64,000 nucleotides of DNA from Lytechinus pictus (Eukaryota). The notes beneath the pieces are model-generated. The model saw only the letters and a program-made list of their open reading frames with translations, was not told the origin of the DNA and did no database searches. Positions 37,705 through 52,141 of the stretch are shown one piece after another. Position numbers and translations under genes: made by a program. Within the stretch, counting starts at the first letter, position 1. Each line of letters starts with the position of its first letter. The DNA lies in contig NC_087252.1 in NCBI RefSeq assembly GCF_037042905.1, positions 24,430,001 through 24,494,000 of the forward strand, in the 5' to 3' direction.

Positions 37705-39361
37705 TTTCTATGATTTTGGATATAGATATTCATACAAAATTAATGTTACCATGGTAACGGCAAATTGAATATCAGACCTATTTATGAATATCGCCACAGG
37801 TAGATTTACGTTCAGCACCAATTAATTCGCGGAAATAGCAAGAAGATCGAACTCTACAAAAGTAAACATAATCTGATATAATATCATGACGAGTATCGCA
37901 CTGATTAATATTAGTATGTGCAATATAGATGTAATATTGTGCGCTGTTTGTATTTTATCATAAATGCGCATCCGATAATTGTACATTGTTATCTTTCGCA
38001 TATATAACATAAAATGATATATCTTGCATCCTCTTTCAACATTTTGTTTTCACTATATGTGCCATGACAACAATTATTATGTATTTATTCGGTTAGCGCT
38101 AAAATGGACGAAATTGAGATGCGGAACACAAACATTATACTATTGATAGTTTTCACAAACTACTATTTTTAGTAAATCACGATTTTATATTTCATATTTC
38201 CATATATGTGTGTGTAATATTCCAAATTGAAATGCATATTTACTAGACTTATAATTTGAAACTCTGAATAAAATTAATTCCATATCAAAGATAACCAAAA
38301 ATATGATGATAATCCGTCAAAATATCAAAATGCGTGATTTTCAACAGTCTTTCAAATTTTACGCAAAAAATAATACTTTCACGCAAAAGTGCACTTGGCA
38401 TCCGCCCGTACGTTATTCCTCAGGATTTCCGCAAGACTTTTAGCTGGGATGCAAAGAATTGACAAATTGTGCTATCCAATTAAAAACTCGCTTTAGAATG
38501 CACTTATACATGTAATTAAAAACTCGCTTTAGTATGTACTTATACATGTAATTATGTACATAATGTACGGTATTTTCAATTTTTCTTTCAAAACGCGCAC
38601 CTGGTAGAATGCACATTGGCTCATTTCAGATAACATAAAGTGAGATATCTTCCATCTTACTTGAAAATTCTTTTAATATTTGTGACATTAGGACATTTAC
38701 TATACATTTGATGGATAAACGCAGTTTAATCGAAGAATTCAAGCTGCGTAAAAAAAACTTCAAACTGTTGATAGTTTTCACAAACTTTTATTTTGAGGAA
38801 ATCGCGGTTTTATGTTTCCCTGTGCCATATGTGTGTGTGCAATATTCAAATTTGAAATGCATATTTATGAGACTTATAATTTGAAACTCTGAATAAAAAT
38901 GATTTCATATCAAAGATAATCAAAAATATTAAAATAATCCGTCAAAATATCAAAATGCGTGATTTTCGACATTCTTTCAGTTTTTACGCTAAAAATGACA
39001 CTTTCACGCAAAATTGCACTTGGCATCCGGCCGTACGCTATTCCTGGGTATTTTTGCAAGACTTTTAGCTGGGATGCCAAGCATTAACAAATTTTGCCGT
39101 CGAATCCTTATCTAGAGCACTTTTTTACTTTTGGCCGGTCTACTATAATGTCTGACTCATTCATTATAGGGCTGGGTGTGGTGGCTCAACTTGCCCCTAT
39201 GCTCAACTTACCCTGCCTTCCCCTACCAAAAATAGAATCAGTGTTAGCTGGACAATCATATTCATACACTTTGTCAATTAGCCATATAAAAAAAATGAGA
39301 GTGGGTTGGATCGAATGTTGCCTACCCGTTGTTAATAGGCCCAGGGCAGTGTCGGACGTAC

Positions 39362-40053
39362 CATGGACCTATGAAGAGATGGACATTCATCACTTAGATA
39401 ATTATGAATTCACTAACAGGTGACTGTAATAGTCATGTGAATGACATTCTCTTCATACTAGTCTTCTTTGGTCCTATGATGTCACCGTGAGAAGGGACTG
39501 AAGCAGTTCGTGCCTGGACATTTTTTATATTTAACAAATTATATGCGTAATAGATAACAAATCACTTATTGGAAAATCGATGTGCAGTTCTTGTTTACCT
39601 TTGGTAATCTTAGTTCCATGTGTTTTATTTGGGGACATGTCTGCATATTTTAAAATAGAGGCAATATTGTGATTGATCGTTTACCATTTAAAATGTCATT
39701 TTCCCAAGTTTCTCCATAATATTCCAGATATTTGTGGTACATAACATGTATGGATCGTGTATCTCTCAATGTTATTGAGGTCCTTATGTGTGAGCGGTAA
39801 TTAGCGGATCGAATTATGTCATATTTCATTATCATAAAAATCGTCTGCTTCTCAAGTTTGCTGCTCCAAATATGAAGCATGTTGACTGAAAGGCACATGC
39901 TGAAACAGGGTATCAGCCAACAAAAATCAAGACCGGGAAACTGTTCCGTCTTTGGGTGATCAGATCATGGACCTGTGAAGAGATGGACGATTAACGCGAG
40001 CATTTCTTTGGTCCAATGATAGTCACCGTCGCCTGGTTATGTGCATCTTAATA
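39362..40053 (+). mobile_element. rearranged P-like MITE: left end + body followed by an inverted right end
   Basis: 39362-39965 is homologous to 43787-44382. 39966-40053 is the reverse complement of 44437-44525. Confidence 0.8.
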
Positions 40054-40746
40054 GGAGTGGGCTATACATAGGTCAAAAATACTTTTTTGTCAATTTAATA
40101 TGGCAACAGTTTTTATTTATTCCTCGTAATGTATCTCAACATGAAATGGCAATATTTTTTGTCTCGGGTACGAGAAAAAAGTGTGCCGCGCCAAAATCCA
40201 AAATGGCCGCCACTCCCCCCCCCCCCCCGCCCCCCAATCACAGTTTTGGCCACAACTTCTTTATTTGGTGGTCTTTTTCTCTGGTTTTTGGTGTCTATTC
40301 GTATGTTTTTTGGGAGCAGGCAATCTGTTTTACCTGAAATTAGTACTTGAAAACCATTATTTGTAGAGTTAAAGGGTGATTTTACCTAAATTTACACCAT
40401 AATGGTTAGTTTCGGTCATGTTCGCTCATTTGGTTTACGTAGCAGACGATGCTAGCCAGCTAGTATATAGTATACTTACGCAGACCCTATTGCAAATCAA
40501 AATCTATTCCGGACTCGATATTTGCTTCCTCAAACTGTAGCTATATTATGAATATCAGAAGGCAAAGCTTTATAGTACAAGGACATTGTTAGTTTCAACA
40601 TTAAATGCGTTACTTAAGTTTGTTTGGACTGTATTAATTGTTTCAAATGATAAGGGTCTAGGAACGGTAACTATCATACGTTAGTCACGTCACGTTGTAC
40701 ACAGAAATATGCCATGTTCTGCCTGCTCGATCTCAAAGTTTGGGAG

Positions 40747-41293
40747 AACAAGGCAAAAGCGATTTTGTGTCTCGCCCACTTATGAAAATAACCAGAAATA
40801 TCGTGATTTGCGAGGGCGCGCAACAGAATTATATCGAAACTTCATTGTGAAATGACTGGGATGGAATAACATTTGTCATAAGAGCCTTGCACGCAAACTT
40901 ACAATGTGAGCTCCGACTGCAGCCTAACATGCAGGTCCCCCAAGTCCATCTACCATCCAAGTTTGGTTGAAAAGCGACTTACGGTTGCGGAGTTAAGTGT
41001 CATAAGAGAGTCTTGCATGTAAACTTTAACGTTGGTCTGCATGTAATCTTTAACGTTGACCTGAAAATTACCTTTGACCTTATCATGTGAACTCCGACTG
41101 CAGCATAACATGCAGGTCCCCCAAGTCCATCTACCATCCAAGTTTGGTTGAAAAGCGACTTACGGTTGTGGAGTTATGTGTCATTAGGTTTGTGACGGAC
41201 GGACGACGGACGACAGACGATGCCGGACGACGGACGACATACGACATTTGGATCCCTAAGTCTCGCCTTCACCTCTGGTGGGCGAGACAAAAA
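40747..41293 (-). mobile_element. HINE/Helentron-like element, second subfamily
   Basis: Sub-TIR GTCTCGCCCAC/GTGGGCGAGAC, terminal stem-loop CAAAA-GCGA-TTTTG, GACG microsatellite, two ~180-bp repeats. Confidence 0.7.
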
Positions 41294-41518
41294 TGAGATG
41301 TAACCATTATATCAGTCATAAAGTATTATACATCAAACTGTAGGTAATCTATTTTGCATTGAGATGACAATCAATCTCGACCTCTTTGACCCATATGGAT
41401 ATTCCAGTGGGAAAATAAAGGTGCCAGTGTCTCGAAAATATGGGTGATTTCAGACCGTTTGCCATAGCAAGAGTTGTGAACATGGACACTTTCAGAAATG
41501 GGGGATTAGATTCAAATT

Positions 41519-41838
41519 CCCGGGGGGGACCACTTCCATTGATGAGTGGGTACCAGGCACGACCATGCGGTTTCGAAAAGCACCCTAAACAAGGGAAGCA
41601 AGGCTTTTTCATATTATGAAAATGCATCTCTTAACAAGCATTTGGCTTGTGAAACCCAATAAGTATTGGAAATATATCACTTTTTCTAGTATTTTAAACA
41701 TCGTTTTTGACACCCTTATAACTTTACAAAGGCCTATATACGTAACGTACTTGCCCACTCTGTCCCCTTTACGCGTGGTCGCGCCTGGTATCCACTCTTC
41801 AATGGAAGTAGCCCCCCCCCCCCCCCCCCCCCCCCGGG
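41519..41838. mobile_element. MITE with CCCGGG termini
   Basis: CCCGGGGGGGACCACTTCCATTGATGAGTGGGTACCAGG ... CCTGGTATCCACTCTTCAATGGAAGTAGCCCC..CCCGGG. Confidence 0.7.
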
Positions 41839-42527
41839 CGGCCTCTCGAGCTCTGGGAGGAATCAAATGTGGCTCTGGAAAGTCGTTCTAAATCGGATAT
41901 ATCGCTGTTACCATAGTAGCAACCAGAATTTTGCACACGAAACGCATATTGAATGTTTCCGTTGCAGATGCGAAACGAAAAAAAATCTCATGTCACACAA
42001 TTTGCATTGCAGGACAGAGATTAACGACCATGACGACGGGCCCAAAAGTCTCTTCCAAAATCAACTACCGTCGTAAATAAGCGTTCGCGTTCTCCAACGA
42101 AAGGTCGGGAACAACGCTTCTGTGCGGCCGCCACAGGTGACTAGAGAAGCACACGAATTAACACTTTATGAAGGTGTTTGTCGTATTTCTACTTTGTTGC
42201 ACAATATGCAAACTGTGAAATACCAGTCGTTCGTGGATCGACGCATTGTGGTTTATTGTGGATGTAAATGAAAAACACAATTCAAAAGAATAGATGAATA
42301 ATCAAGGCACCAAAGTTGGTGCTTATCTCATTAAATTTTAAACCACCATCAGTACCAATGACCTTCCTCTGATCATGCGAAGAATCTTCTGATCTTGCGC
42401 ATAGTGGAACTACGAACTGGCTTATTCAGGTGATGGGCGAAATATTCATGCACATTTGAGGCAGGAGGATGGATGTAGCTAGCTTCCCGAAGCGAAGCTG
42501 AGGAAAATAGGTCAGTGCATCTAAACT

Positions 42528-43386
42528 GGGTTCCAAAAGAAACTTATCAAACTTCACAAGCGCACTTCACAAATTCCAGTCAGTCAAAGTTAACAAAATT
42601 TTGACACAGGCTAGCGTCAATATTCCTTACTAAGCACATGTCAATAATTAAGAGATTTGCCGGTTTAATCACAAATAGGCAGTACTAGCCCCCCCCCCAA
42701 AAAAAAAAAAAAAAAAAAAATCAATTGGTTCCGAATCCAAATTTGGCAAAAGAAAGATGAATGGAAATGAGATGGGATCAAAAAAAATTACCACTTTATT
42801 CAAGTTCACAGTTTGACCATCGGCATGTTTAATTGATTGCCTCAATAAATAAGAAGTTACAGTCAGTTAAAATCAACATTTTAAACACACATATTGAGGT
42901 CAAAGAAGCATAATGCATGAATGGACTGTTTGTTTGTTTGTATTTATCTCCATATAAAAAATAAAATATATACATGCTCAATTTAACATAACGTACAGAT
43001 CATATGGAGGATGGCCCATTTCAGCGGTATTAATAAAATACCACTGTTCTTCCATGGGGTCCTTTAAAACATAAATACATGCATATAAAACAAATATAAA
43101 AAATATACACAAAACTTAATTGAACAGCAGTCAAGCAAAGAATTACCATTTGGTTTAATCCCATCTCATTTTCATTGGTCTTTCTTTTCCCATGTTGTGA
43201 CTTTGGGTTCCGGAACCGATTGAGTTGAGGGGCTACAGCCTCTTTGTTATTAAACCAATATCTTAATTTTTGACATGTGCTTAGTAAAGATTATTGAAGC
43301 TAGCCTGGGTCAAATATTTGTTCATTTTGACTGAGTGGAAGCTGTGTAGTGCGCTAGTGAAGTTTGACGAGTTTCTTTTGGAACCC
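42528..43386. mobile_element. old MITE with ~250-bp TIRs and a probable LINE-tail insertion at its centre
   Basis: 42528-42780 is inverted to 43158-43386. (TTTG)n-started insert at ~42928-43130. Confidence 0.65.
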
Positions 43387-43786
43387 GGCCACTTTATACA
43401 GCTCGCCAATGAATATTTGTCATCTCTATGTGGATCATTAACTAACTATCAAACGACACCTGAATTTCTATGCCTCCAAATCGAATTTTTAAACCCACCA
43501 GGCCCCACACGTGAATCATACAAGGATTCACCGAATTGTATACATTTTTGTTCCATTCTATCGCTGGTGTTGGCCTATAAACAGTGCAGAATTCTGAAGG
43601 GCATGGAAACTGGGCTAAAATGATTCAGTCCATTGCACATATCAAAGGGGGGGAGAGAACAGGCCTGCGTTAGCAGGCGCGGATCAATGGAATGCAATCA
43701 ATTGTCCCGGATAAACAAGCTAGAAATAAATAAAATAAAAACATACCGGTCATCGTTAAAAAATGAAGGCATTTTGTTAGTAGATG

Positions 43787-44525
43787 TATGGACCTACGAA
43801 GAGATGGGCATTTATCGCTTAGATAATGAATTCACTAACAGGTGACTGTTATTGTCATCTGAATGACATTCTCTTCATATTTGTCTACCTTTGTCCTTTA
43901 TGATCGTACCGTGAGGGCCTGAAGCAGTTCGTGAATGGGACTTTATATTTCACAGATTATATGCGCAGTCGATAACAATTCACTTAAATCATGGAAAATC
44001 GATGTGCAGTTCTTGTTTACCTTTGGTGATCTTATAGTTCCGCGTGTTTTATTTCAGAAAATGTCTGCATATATTAATAGAGAGACAAATTTGTCATTGA
44101 TTGTTAACCATTTAATATTCCCATTTTCCCAAGTTTCTCCATAATATTCCAGATATACGTGGCAAATAACGTGTATAGATCGTGTATCTCTCAATGTTAT
44201 CGAGGTCTTTACGCGCGTCCGGAAGTGTCCGGATCGTATTTTATACCACCACAGAAATCGTCTGCTTCTAAAGGCTGCTGCTCAAAATATGAAGCATGTT
44301 GATTGAAAGGCACATGCCGAAACTGGGTATCGGCCAACAAAACTAAGACCAGGGAAACTGATCCGTCTTTAAGTGATCAGATACGTCTTGGTATTCATCA
44401 TGGTAATTGTTATTGTCACAACACCTGTATGCTCTCATTAAGATGCACATATAACCAGGTGACGGTGACTATCATTGGATCAAAGAAATGCTCGCGTTAA
44501 TCGTCCATCTCTTCATAGGTCCATG
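43787..44525 (+). mobile_element. P-superfamily-like MITE, 739 bp, 7-bp TSD GTAGATG
   Basis: TIR (C/T)ATGGACCTA(T/C)GAAGAGATGG. TSD at 43780-43786 and 44526-44532. Confidence 0.8.
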
Positions 44526-45524
44526 GTAGATGCATAACCAGAATTATCAATGTTGTTCAAAAGTTAACTTGATAATAGTCGAATTATTTTTTTTAGATTT
44601 TTATATCAATATTCTTCATTTCACGGCGGGTTATTTTGTAAATTGCAGCGACGAGATTAACCCCAGTTTCATTTTTTTCTCATTACCAATCTGCAATCTA
44701 CATTGCGTAACTTCACTTATTCCTCATAATTCTACGAGGGAAAACAAAGAAATCCTTCATTGTCTTTGATAATTTTAATCTCACAATCATAATCATCATA
44801 ATTAGAATCATCTGTAATCACAACCACCATTACCATTTCTGAGAGTGTATGAAGTGTATGAGAGTGTATGAGAGTGTATGAAGTGAGGAAGGAAACATAT
44901 TATATGCACTTCTATGTATCCAAGGAAGGAAAAAAACCGCTGTAACTGGTCGTTTGCCTGTGTCGGGGTATATGTGCAATCATTTGAATTTATGTAATGC
45001 CCTGGAAGTCACATGTTGTTTTCTCTCTTTTACTCCCCCCCCCCCCCCCCCTTCTCATTCCTTCTCTCACTTCTATTTTATTTCATCTTTGTATGTACCA
45101 TCTCTCCCATTTTCTCAACTGCTTTAGTTCTCGTTTTTCTTCTACATACTGTACTTCTTTATAATAATTTCATGCTTGTTTTAATATTTTGATTCGGGGT
45201 AATCATAGTAATGTATTGTATATGCTATTATGTTAATATAATCTATGTTATTTATGTATACCCTGCTTGTTTTGTTACTCAGATATGTCCTGGGCGTTCT
45301 TTTCTTCTATGTTTGTATATATTTTATTCCTTTGTTTGAACGATTTGAATGTTAATAAAGATGAATTATATATATATTGCGACCACCAATAATATGAATG
45401 TGTACCGGTATTCATAAATCATTGCCATAATAAACATAACATAATCACCATCACATTTGGTACTCATAATTACATCATCATCGTTACTATTTAATTTCAA
45501 ACAGGGAAGGAACCGGGGTGAAAA

Positions 45525-45958
45525 TCGATGAGTCGTTGATGTCCTTCACTCACTATGTCTTTTGTATTTTATTGTATTTTATTTTACTTTTTTTACAGAT
45601 TTGACAATAAGGACCAACTTGACTGAACTATATAGTATTAAACAATGCTAATTCCACATGTTCAGGGAAGAATTAATTGTTGTTTCACTTGACAATGAGG
45701 AGAAAATTAGAATATTTCATATTTCATATAATAAAATACCAAAAAAAAAATAGTGAGTGGATGACGTCATCAGTCTGATCGTTTGCATGCCGACCAGGAT
45801 GTGCATATATAGCTGTTTTGAGAAATTAAGAAAAACTTTAAAATGTCATAAGTTTCTTGTCAAGTTTACATCCGATTTTGATGACATTTTCAGTGTTATG
45901 CTTGTTGGATTTTTCTCTTGTTATTCAAATCAACCTTTCATTGGGGTGGACTTGTCCT
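45525..45958. mobile_element. Kolobok/T2-type MITE, left-truncated copy
   Basis: Homologous to 51010-51432, ends GGACTTGTCCT|TTAA. Confidence 0.75.
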
Positions 45959-46651
45959 TTAAATGAACTGTTTGTGAACCAATTCTTTGTTTGACTTTGG
46001 GCAAAATAATAGGCAGATGACGTGGAAATTATACTAAGAAAGAATTAGACTATTGGTATTGAACCAAGTGTACAGTAGATTAAACCTGCTCGAAGATATT
46101 TTGTCAAGAACGTTATATCATGACACTTGCACAAATTATAGGGGGGGAAATGAAAGTACATGGTTAATTCTTAGGAGATATATATATATATTAAACATTT
46201 ACAATAGAGCATTATAAAAGCTGTATGAAATTTACTTACATTTGAGAGATTTCACTCTGTTTTAGAAATGAAGGAGTGACAATTAAAGGACATAGTATAA
46301 GTTATCTCAAAGTTTAATCTGGGTTTTGTAACACAAAGGTTAGCGATTGATCGTACGCTTGATTTTTTTACAATTTTTACATTGTAGTCAATGCAAGCAA
46401 TCGTAGAAAATTGTTCTACGATCATTGCTAAGCTTTATGTTATGGGCCCATGGACTTAACTATGAGTTGGGACTCCTTTTTTATCAGTGAGCGTACAACA
46501 ATGGAATTTATACATGTAAAATTTGTTACAAGGTCTTCAAAACGTTTTTTTTTCTTATTTCTCTGTGATATAAACAGCACAAATCTCACCTCTTTCTTTT
46601 AAACATATCTTTAGTACTTGCTTTAATACTTCTGTTAAAAAGCCCAAATAA

Positions 46652-46923
46652 TAAATAATGTAATATTTGTATAGCGCACGTATCCACCTTGCTAGGTGGT
46701 CAAGGCGCTCCTACTTTACCCCGGGAAAGCTTGTCTACCGATTCTGGGGCGCACAGCTTTTTGAGGAATTACCTCCTGCCGGTACCCATTCACCTCAACT
46801 GGGTCAAGTGCAGCACAGGGTGGTTAATTTCTTGCTGAAGTAAAACATGCAATGGCTAGGATTCGAACCCACGACCGTCTGTTTGAAAGGCGAGAGTCAG
46901 AACCGTTAGACCACGACGCGCCC
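46652..46923 (-). mobile_element. full-length tRNA-derived SINE
   Basis: Minus strand GGGCGCGTCGTGGTCTAACGG ... GGTTCGAATCC, shared core, GCGCTATACAAAT tail. Confidence 0.88.
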
Positions 46924-47002
46924 AACACACTCATCACATACATCAACATCATCACCATGATTCTTCATACACTTATTCTGTTATAATTCTATATATAGTT
47001 GA

Positions 47003-47060
47003 CATCATCACCAACATCATCATCACCACCATTACTACCTCCATCATCATCATCACTATT

Positions 47061-47091
<31 letters not shown>

Positions 47092-48757
47092 CCATTACTA
47101 CCTCCATCATCATCATCACCATCATCACTATTACTACCACCACCACCATCATCATCATCACCATTCCTACCTCCATCCTCATCGTCATCACCATCATCAC
47201 TATTACTACCACCGCCACCATCATCATCATCATTACTACCTCCATCATCACCATCATCACTATTACTACCACCGCCACCATTATCATCATCACCATTACT
47301 ACATCCATCATCATCACCATCATCACTATTACTACCACCGCCATGCACCATCATCATCATCACCATTACTACCTCCATCATCATCACCATCATCACTATT
47401 ACTACCACCGCCACCATCATCATCATGACCATTAATACCTCCATCATCATCATCACTATTACTACCACCACCACCATCATCATCATCATCACCATTACTA
47501 CCTCCACCATCATCATCATCACCATCATCACTATTACTACCACCACCATCATCATCATCATCACCATTACTACCTCCATCATCATGCATCATCATCATCA
47601 TCACTATTACTACCACCACCACCATCATCATCATCACCATTACTACCTCCATCATCATCATCATCACTATTACTACCACCACCACCATCATCATCATCAC
47701 CATTACTACCTCCATCATCATCATCATCATCACTATTACTACCACCACTACCATCATCACCATTACTACCTCCATCATCATCATCACTATTACTACCACC
47801 ACCACCATCACCATCATCACCATTACTACCTCCATCATCATCATCACTATTACTACCACCACCACCACCATCATCATCACCATTACTACCTCCATCATCA
47901 TCATCACTATTACTACCACCACCACCATCATCATCATCACCATTACTACCTCCATCATCATCATCACTATTACTACCACCACCACCATCATCACCATTAT
48001 TACCTCCATCCTCATCATCACTATTACTACCACCACCACCATCATCATCATCACCATTACTACCTCCATCATCATCATCACCATCATCACTATTACTACC
48101 ACCACCACCATCATCATCATCACCATTACTACCTCCATCATCATCATCATCATCATCACTATTACTACCACCACCACCATCATCATCATCACCATTACTA
48201 CCTCCATCATCATCATCACTATTACTACCACCACCACCATCATCACCATTACTACCTCCATCATCATCATCACTATTACTACCACCACCACCATCATCAC
48301 CATTACTACCTCCATCATCATCATCACTATTACTACCACCACCACCATCATCATCATCACCATTACTACCTCCATCCTCATCATCGCCATCATCATCACT
48401 ATTACTACCACCACTACCATCATCACCATTACTACCTCCATCATCATCATCACTATTACTACCACCACCACCATCATCATCATCACCATTACTACCTCCA
48501 TCATCATCATCACTATTACTACCACCACCACCATCATCATCATCACCATTACTACCTCCATCATCATCATCACTATTACTACCACCACCACCATCATCAT
48601 CATCACCATTACTACCTCCATCATCATCATCACTATTACTACCACCACCACCATCATCATCATCACCATTACTACCTCCATCCTCATCATCACTATTACT
48701 ACCACCACCACCATCATCATCATCACCATTACTACCTCCATCATCATCATCACTATT

Positions 48758-48788
<31 letters not shown>

Positions 48789-49748
48789 CTATTACTACCA
48801 CCACCACCATCATCACCATCATCACTATTACTACCACCACCACCATCATCACTATTACTACCACCACCACCATCATCATCATCACCATTACTACCTCCAT
48901 CATCATCATCACCATCATCACTATTACTACCACCACCACCATCATCATCATCACCATTACTACCTCCATCATCATCATCATCATCATCACTATTACTACC
49001 ACCACCACCATCATCATCATCACCATTACTACCTCCATCATCATCATCACTATTACTACCACCACCACCATCATCATCATCACCATTACTACCTCCATCA
49101 TCATCATCACTATTACTACCACCACCACCATCATCACCATTACTACCTCCATCATCATCATCACTATTACTACCACCACCACCATCATCATCATCACCAT
49201 TACTACCTCCATCCTCATCATCGCCATCATCATCACTATTACTACCACCACTACCATCATCACCATTACTACCTCCATCATCATCATCACTATTACTACC
49301 ACCACCACCATCATCATCATCACTATTACTACCACCACCACCATCATCATCATCATCACCATTACTACCTCCATCCTCATCGTCATCACCATCATCACTA
49401 TTACTACCACCACCACCATCATCATCATCACCATTACTACCTCCATCATCACCATCATCACTATTACAACCACCATCATCATCATCACCATCATCACTAT
49501 TACTACCACCACCACCATCATCATCATCATCACCCTTACTACCTCCATCATCATCATCACCATCATCACTATTACTACCACCACCACCATCATCATCACC
49601 ATATACCTCCATCATCATCATCATCACCATCATCACTATTACTACCACCACCACCATCATCATCATCACCATTACTACCTCCATCATCATCATCACCATC
49701 ATCACTATTACTACCACCACCACCATCATCATCATCACCACTATTACT

Positions 49749-49779
<31 letters not shown>

Positions 49780-50037
49780 CCATTACTACCTCCATCATCA
49801 TCATCATCATCACTATTACTACCACCACCACCATCATCATCATCACCATTACTACCTCCATCATCATCATCACCATCATCACTATTACTACCACCACCAC
49901 CATCATCATCATCACCATTACTACCTCCATCCTCATCGTCATCACCATTATCATCATCACCATCATCATTACTATTCCTACCACCACCACCATCATCATC
50001 ATCATCATTACTACGACAGCGATCATCATCATCATCA
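47003..50037. repeat. 3-kb compound CAT/CAC/TAC minisatellite with ~60-bp higher-order unit
   Basis: Unit CACCATTACTACCTC(CAT)nCACTATTACTAC(CAC)n(CAT)n. Exact 60-bp period at 47701-48000 and 48481-48720. Confidence 0.97.
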
Positions 50038-50832
50038 AATATAAATACTGTACTCTAATCATCCTAGATAATCATTCTTCCCCTCATCATTAGCAGCACT
50101 ACCAATGCTCAGCAAATGTGCTTCTTGTAAAGAAAGACAATACAAACTGTACAGGGCTTCAATTCTAATGAACTCATCTATTCAGTTGTACAATTTATAA
50201 GCACCGAACATTATCAATGTACAAATATTGTTTACAGTCCAAAGCCTTATTGCAAGGAAGAAAAAAACTAAAAAGGTAAGAGATACATGTCACGGGTGAA
50301 GTAGAGGCCGGCATCGAGGCCAACTTTGCCAGCCTTAATCATGGGACTGAGCCATGTGTACACATTCTATTGGAGAAAGATTTCTCCTGTGGCATTGTGA
50401 TTCGGAACTCCAGGCCTCACCTACAAAAACACTGACAAACGTGCATGAATAACGATTTTGATTAATACTTCCTTGGATCGATTCAGCAAAACCTATAATC
50501 AAAGCTGTAGACCGCTCATATTATACTAATAAAGAAAATGAATGAACTACATTACAATACATGAAGAATATCGCTGCTCTGTTAAGAAAATTAAATATAA
50601 AAAACTTTAAAAGAACTTCTACACTTCTGCTATGCTACTATTAGCCTGTATTTTCTTATAAATACATGTTCATTGTAAAAGCATTTACACATATACATGT
50701 ATGTACACATTAGCTTTATTAGTCACGATATGCAAGTGGCAGCTAGATTAAGAGATGGCCACTGCACTGGTTCAACTGCATTGAAAGGGCAGACAAACCC
50801 AAGCAGTAATTGTTTAGTATAAAAGTGATTAA

Positions 50833-51432
50833 AGGTCAAGAAAACCCCAGAAAAATGTTGATTTGAATAAATAGGGAAAAATCAAACTAGCATAATGCTG
50901 AAAATTTCATCAAAATTGGATGTAAAATAAGAAAGTTATGACATCTTAAATTTTCGCTTATTTTTTTACAAAACAGTGATATGCACAACTCAGTGACAAG
51001 CAAATGAGACAGTCGATGATGTCAGTCACTATTTTGTTTGTTTTAATTTGTTTGAATTATACAATATTTCATTTTTTACAGATTTGACAATAAGGACCAA
51101 CTTGACTGAACCATATAGTATTAAACAATGCTAATTCCACATGTCCAGGGAGGAATTAATCATTGTTTCACTTGACAATGAGGAGAAAATTAGAATAATC
51201 CATATTTCATGTAAAAAAATACAAAAGATATAGTGAGTGGATGACAACATCAGTCTCCTCATTTGCATACTGACCAGGATGTGCAAATAACTATTTTGTG
51301 AAATCAAGCGAAACTTTTAAATTTCAGAACTGTCTTATTTTACATTCGATTTTGATGAAATTTTCAATGTTATGCTTGTTGGACTTTTCTCTCTTTATTC
51401 CAATCAACTTTTTGTTGGGTTGGACTTGTCCT
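50833..51432. mobile_element. Kolobok/T2-type MITE, full length
   Basis: TTAA TSD on both sides, AGG...CCT termini, homologous to 2167-2742. Confidence 0.85.
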
Positions 51433-52141
51433 TTAATGTAGAATTTTTTAAAAGTCAGACAATACAATTTTGAAAATCTTACAAACTATTGAATATTGTC
51501 ATTTCCTACATAAAATACAATGCACACATTCTGTAGGTTTTCCTGTGTTACAATACCATCACAAATAAGTGATTGTTTTGGGTGGTGAGCTGCAATACAA
51601 CACAAGCATGCATGAGAAAAGGGCTTGTATCAGCACAAGGGATCCAAGGGAATAGACCTTGAGGCCTGCCCAGCTGTCCTTAAAAATTGTCGATTACCAA
51701 CAGTCCTTCAATAAACTAAAAGGCTTATCTCGAAGTGTTGCTTTACAGTACAGTGCAGTGAACTAAATCAACCATTTGAGAAAAGCAAGAAAGTTAGTTG
51801 AGAGTCCCAGTACAGTGCCTAATGCATGTATATATATCAAAAGAGCTTAAATGAATGATGCATGCAATGTCTCATTTTCATGTCTAGGGATGTTTGGAAT
51901 TCTTAGCATTTCATCTTGCGCTTTGTTTTCAAATATCGATACTTTTGAAAATCAAACATCTCAAATCAATAATCAACATCTTGTGAAGCATTAGATTAGT
52001 GTATGAAGTTGTATTTGGTTGTCAATTGTTGCTAAACTGTTCGAATGCATTAATTGTTCAAGTTGAACACTCAGGCCTACAATGTATGTGCATGTCAAGA
52101 GGTTAGGTGTATGGGCTGTAAACCATGAGGTCTGAGGTTCT

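Larger units (their letters stand above)
33346..39145. mobile_element. Academ-like foldback element, 5.8 kb, ~1-kb TIRs, 3-bp TSD TAA
   Basis: taa|TAGTAGACCGGCCAAAA...TTTTGGCCGGTCTACTA|taa. 33346-34345 is inverted to 38140-39145. Each arm has a ~624-bp tandem unit. Interior filled with MITEs and a SINE. Confidence 0.88.

Noticed and set aside
46973..50062. Long ORFs (1019, 826, 756 aa) of poly-His/Tyr, Val/Met or Gly/Asp
   Set aside because: Open in several frames on both strands because of the trinucleotide repeat. No unique flanking coding sequence, and phase shifts change the peptide arbitrarily.
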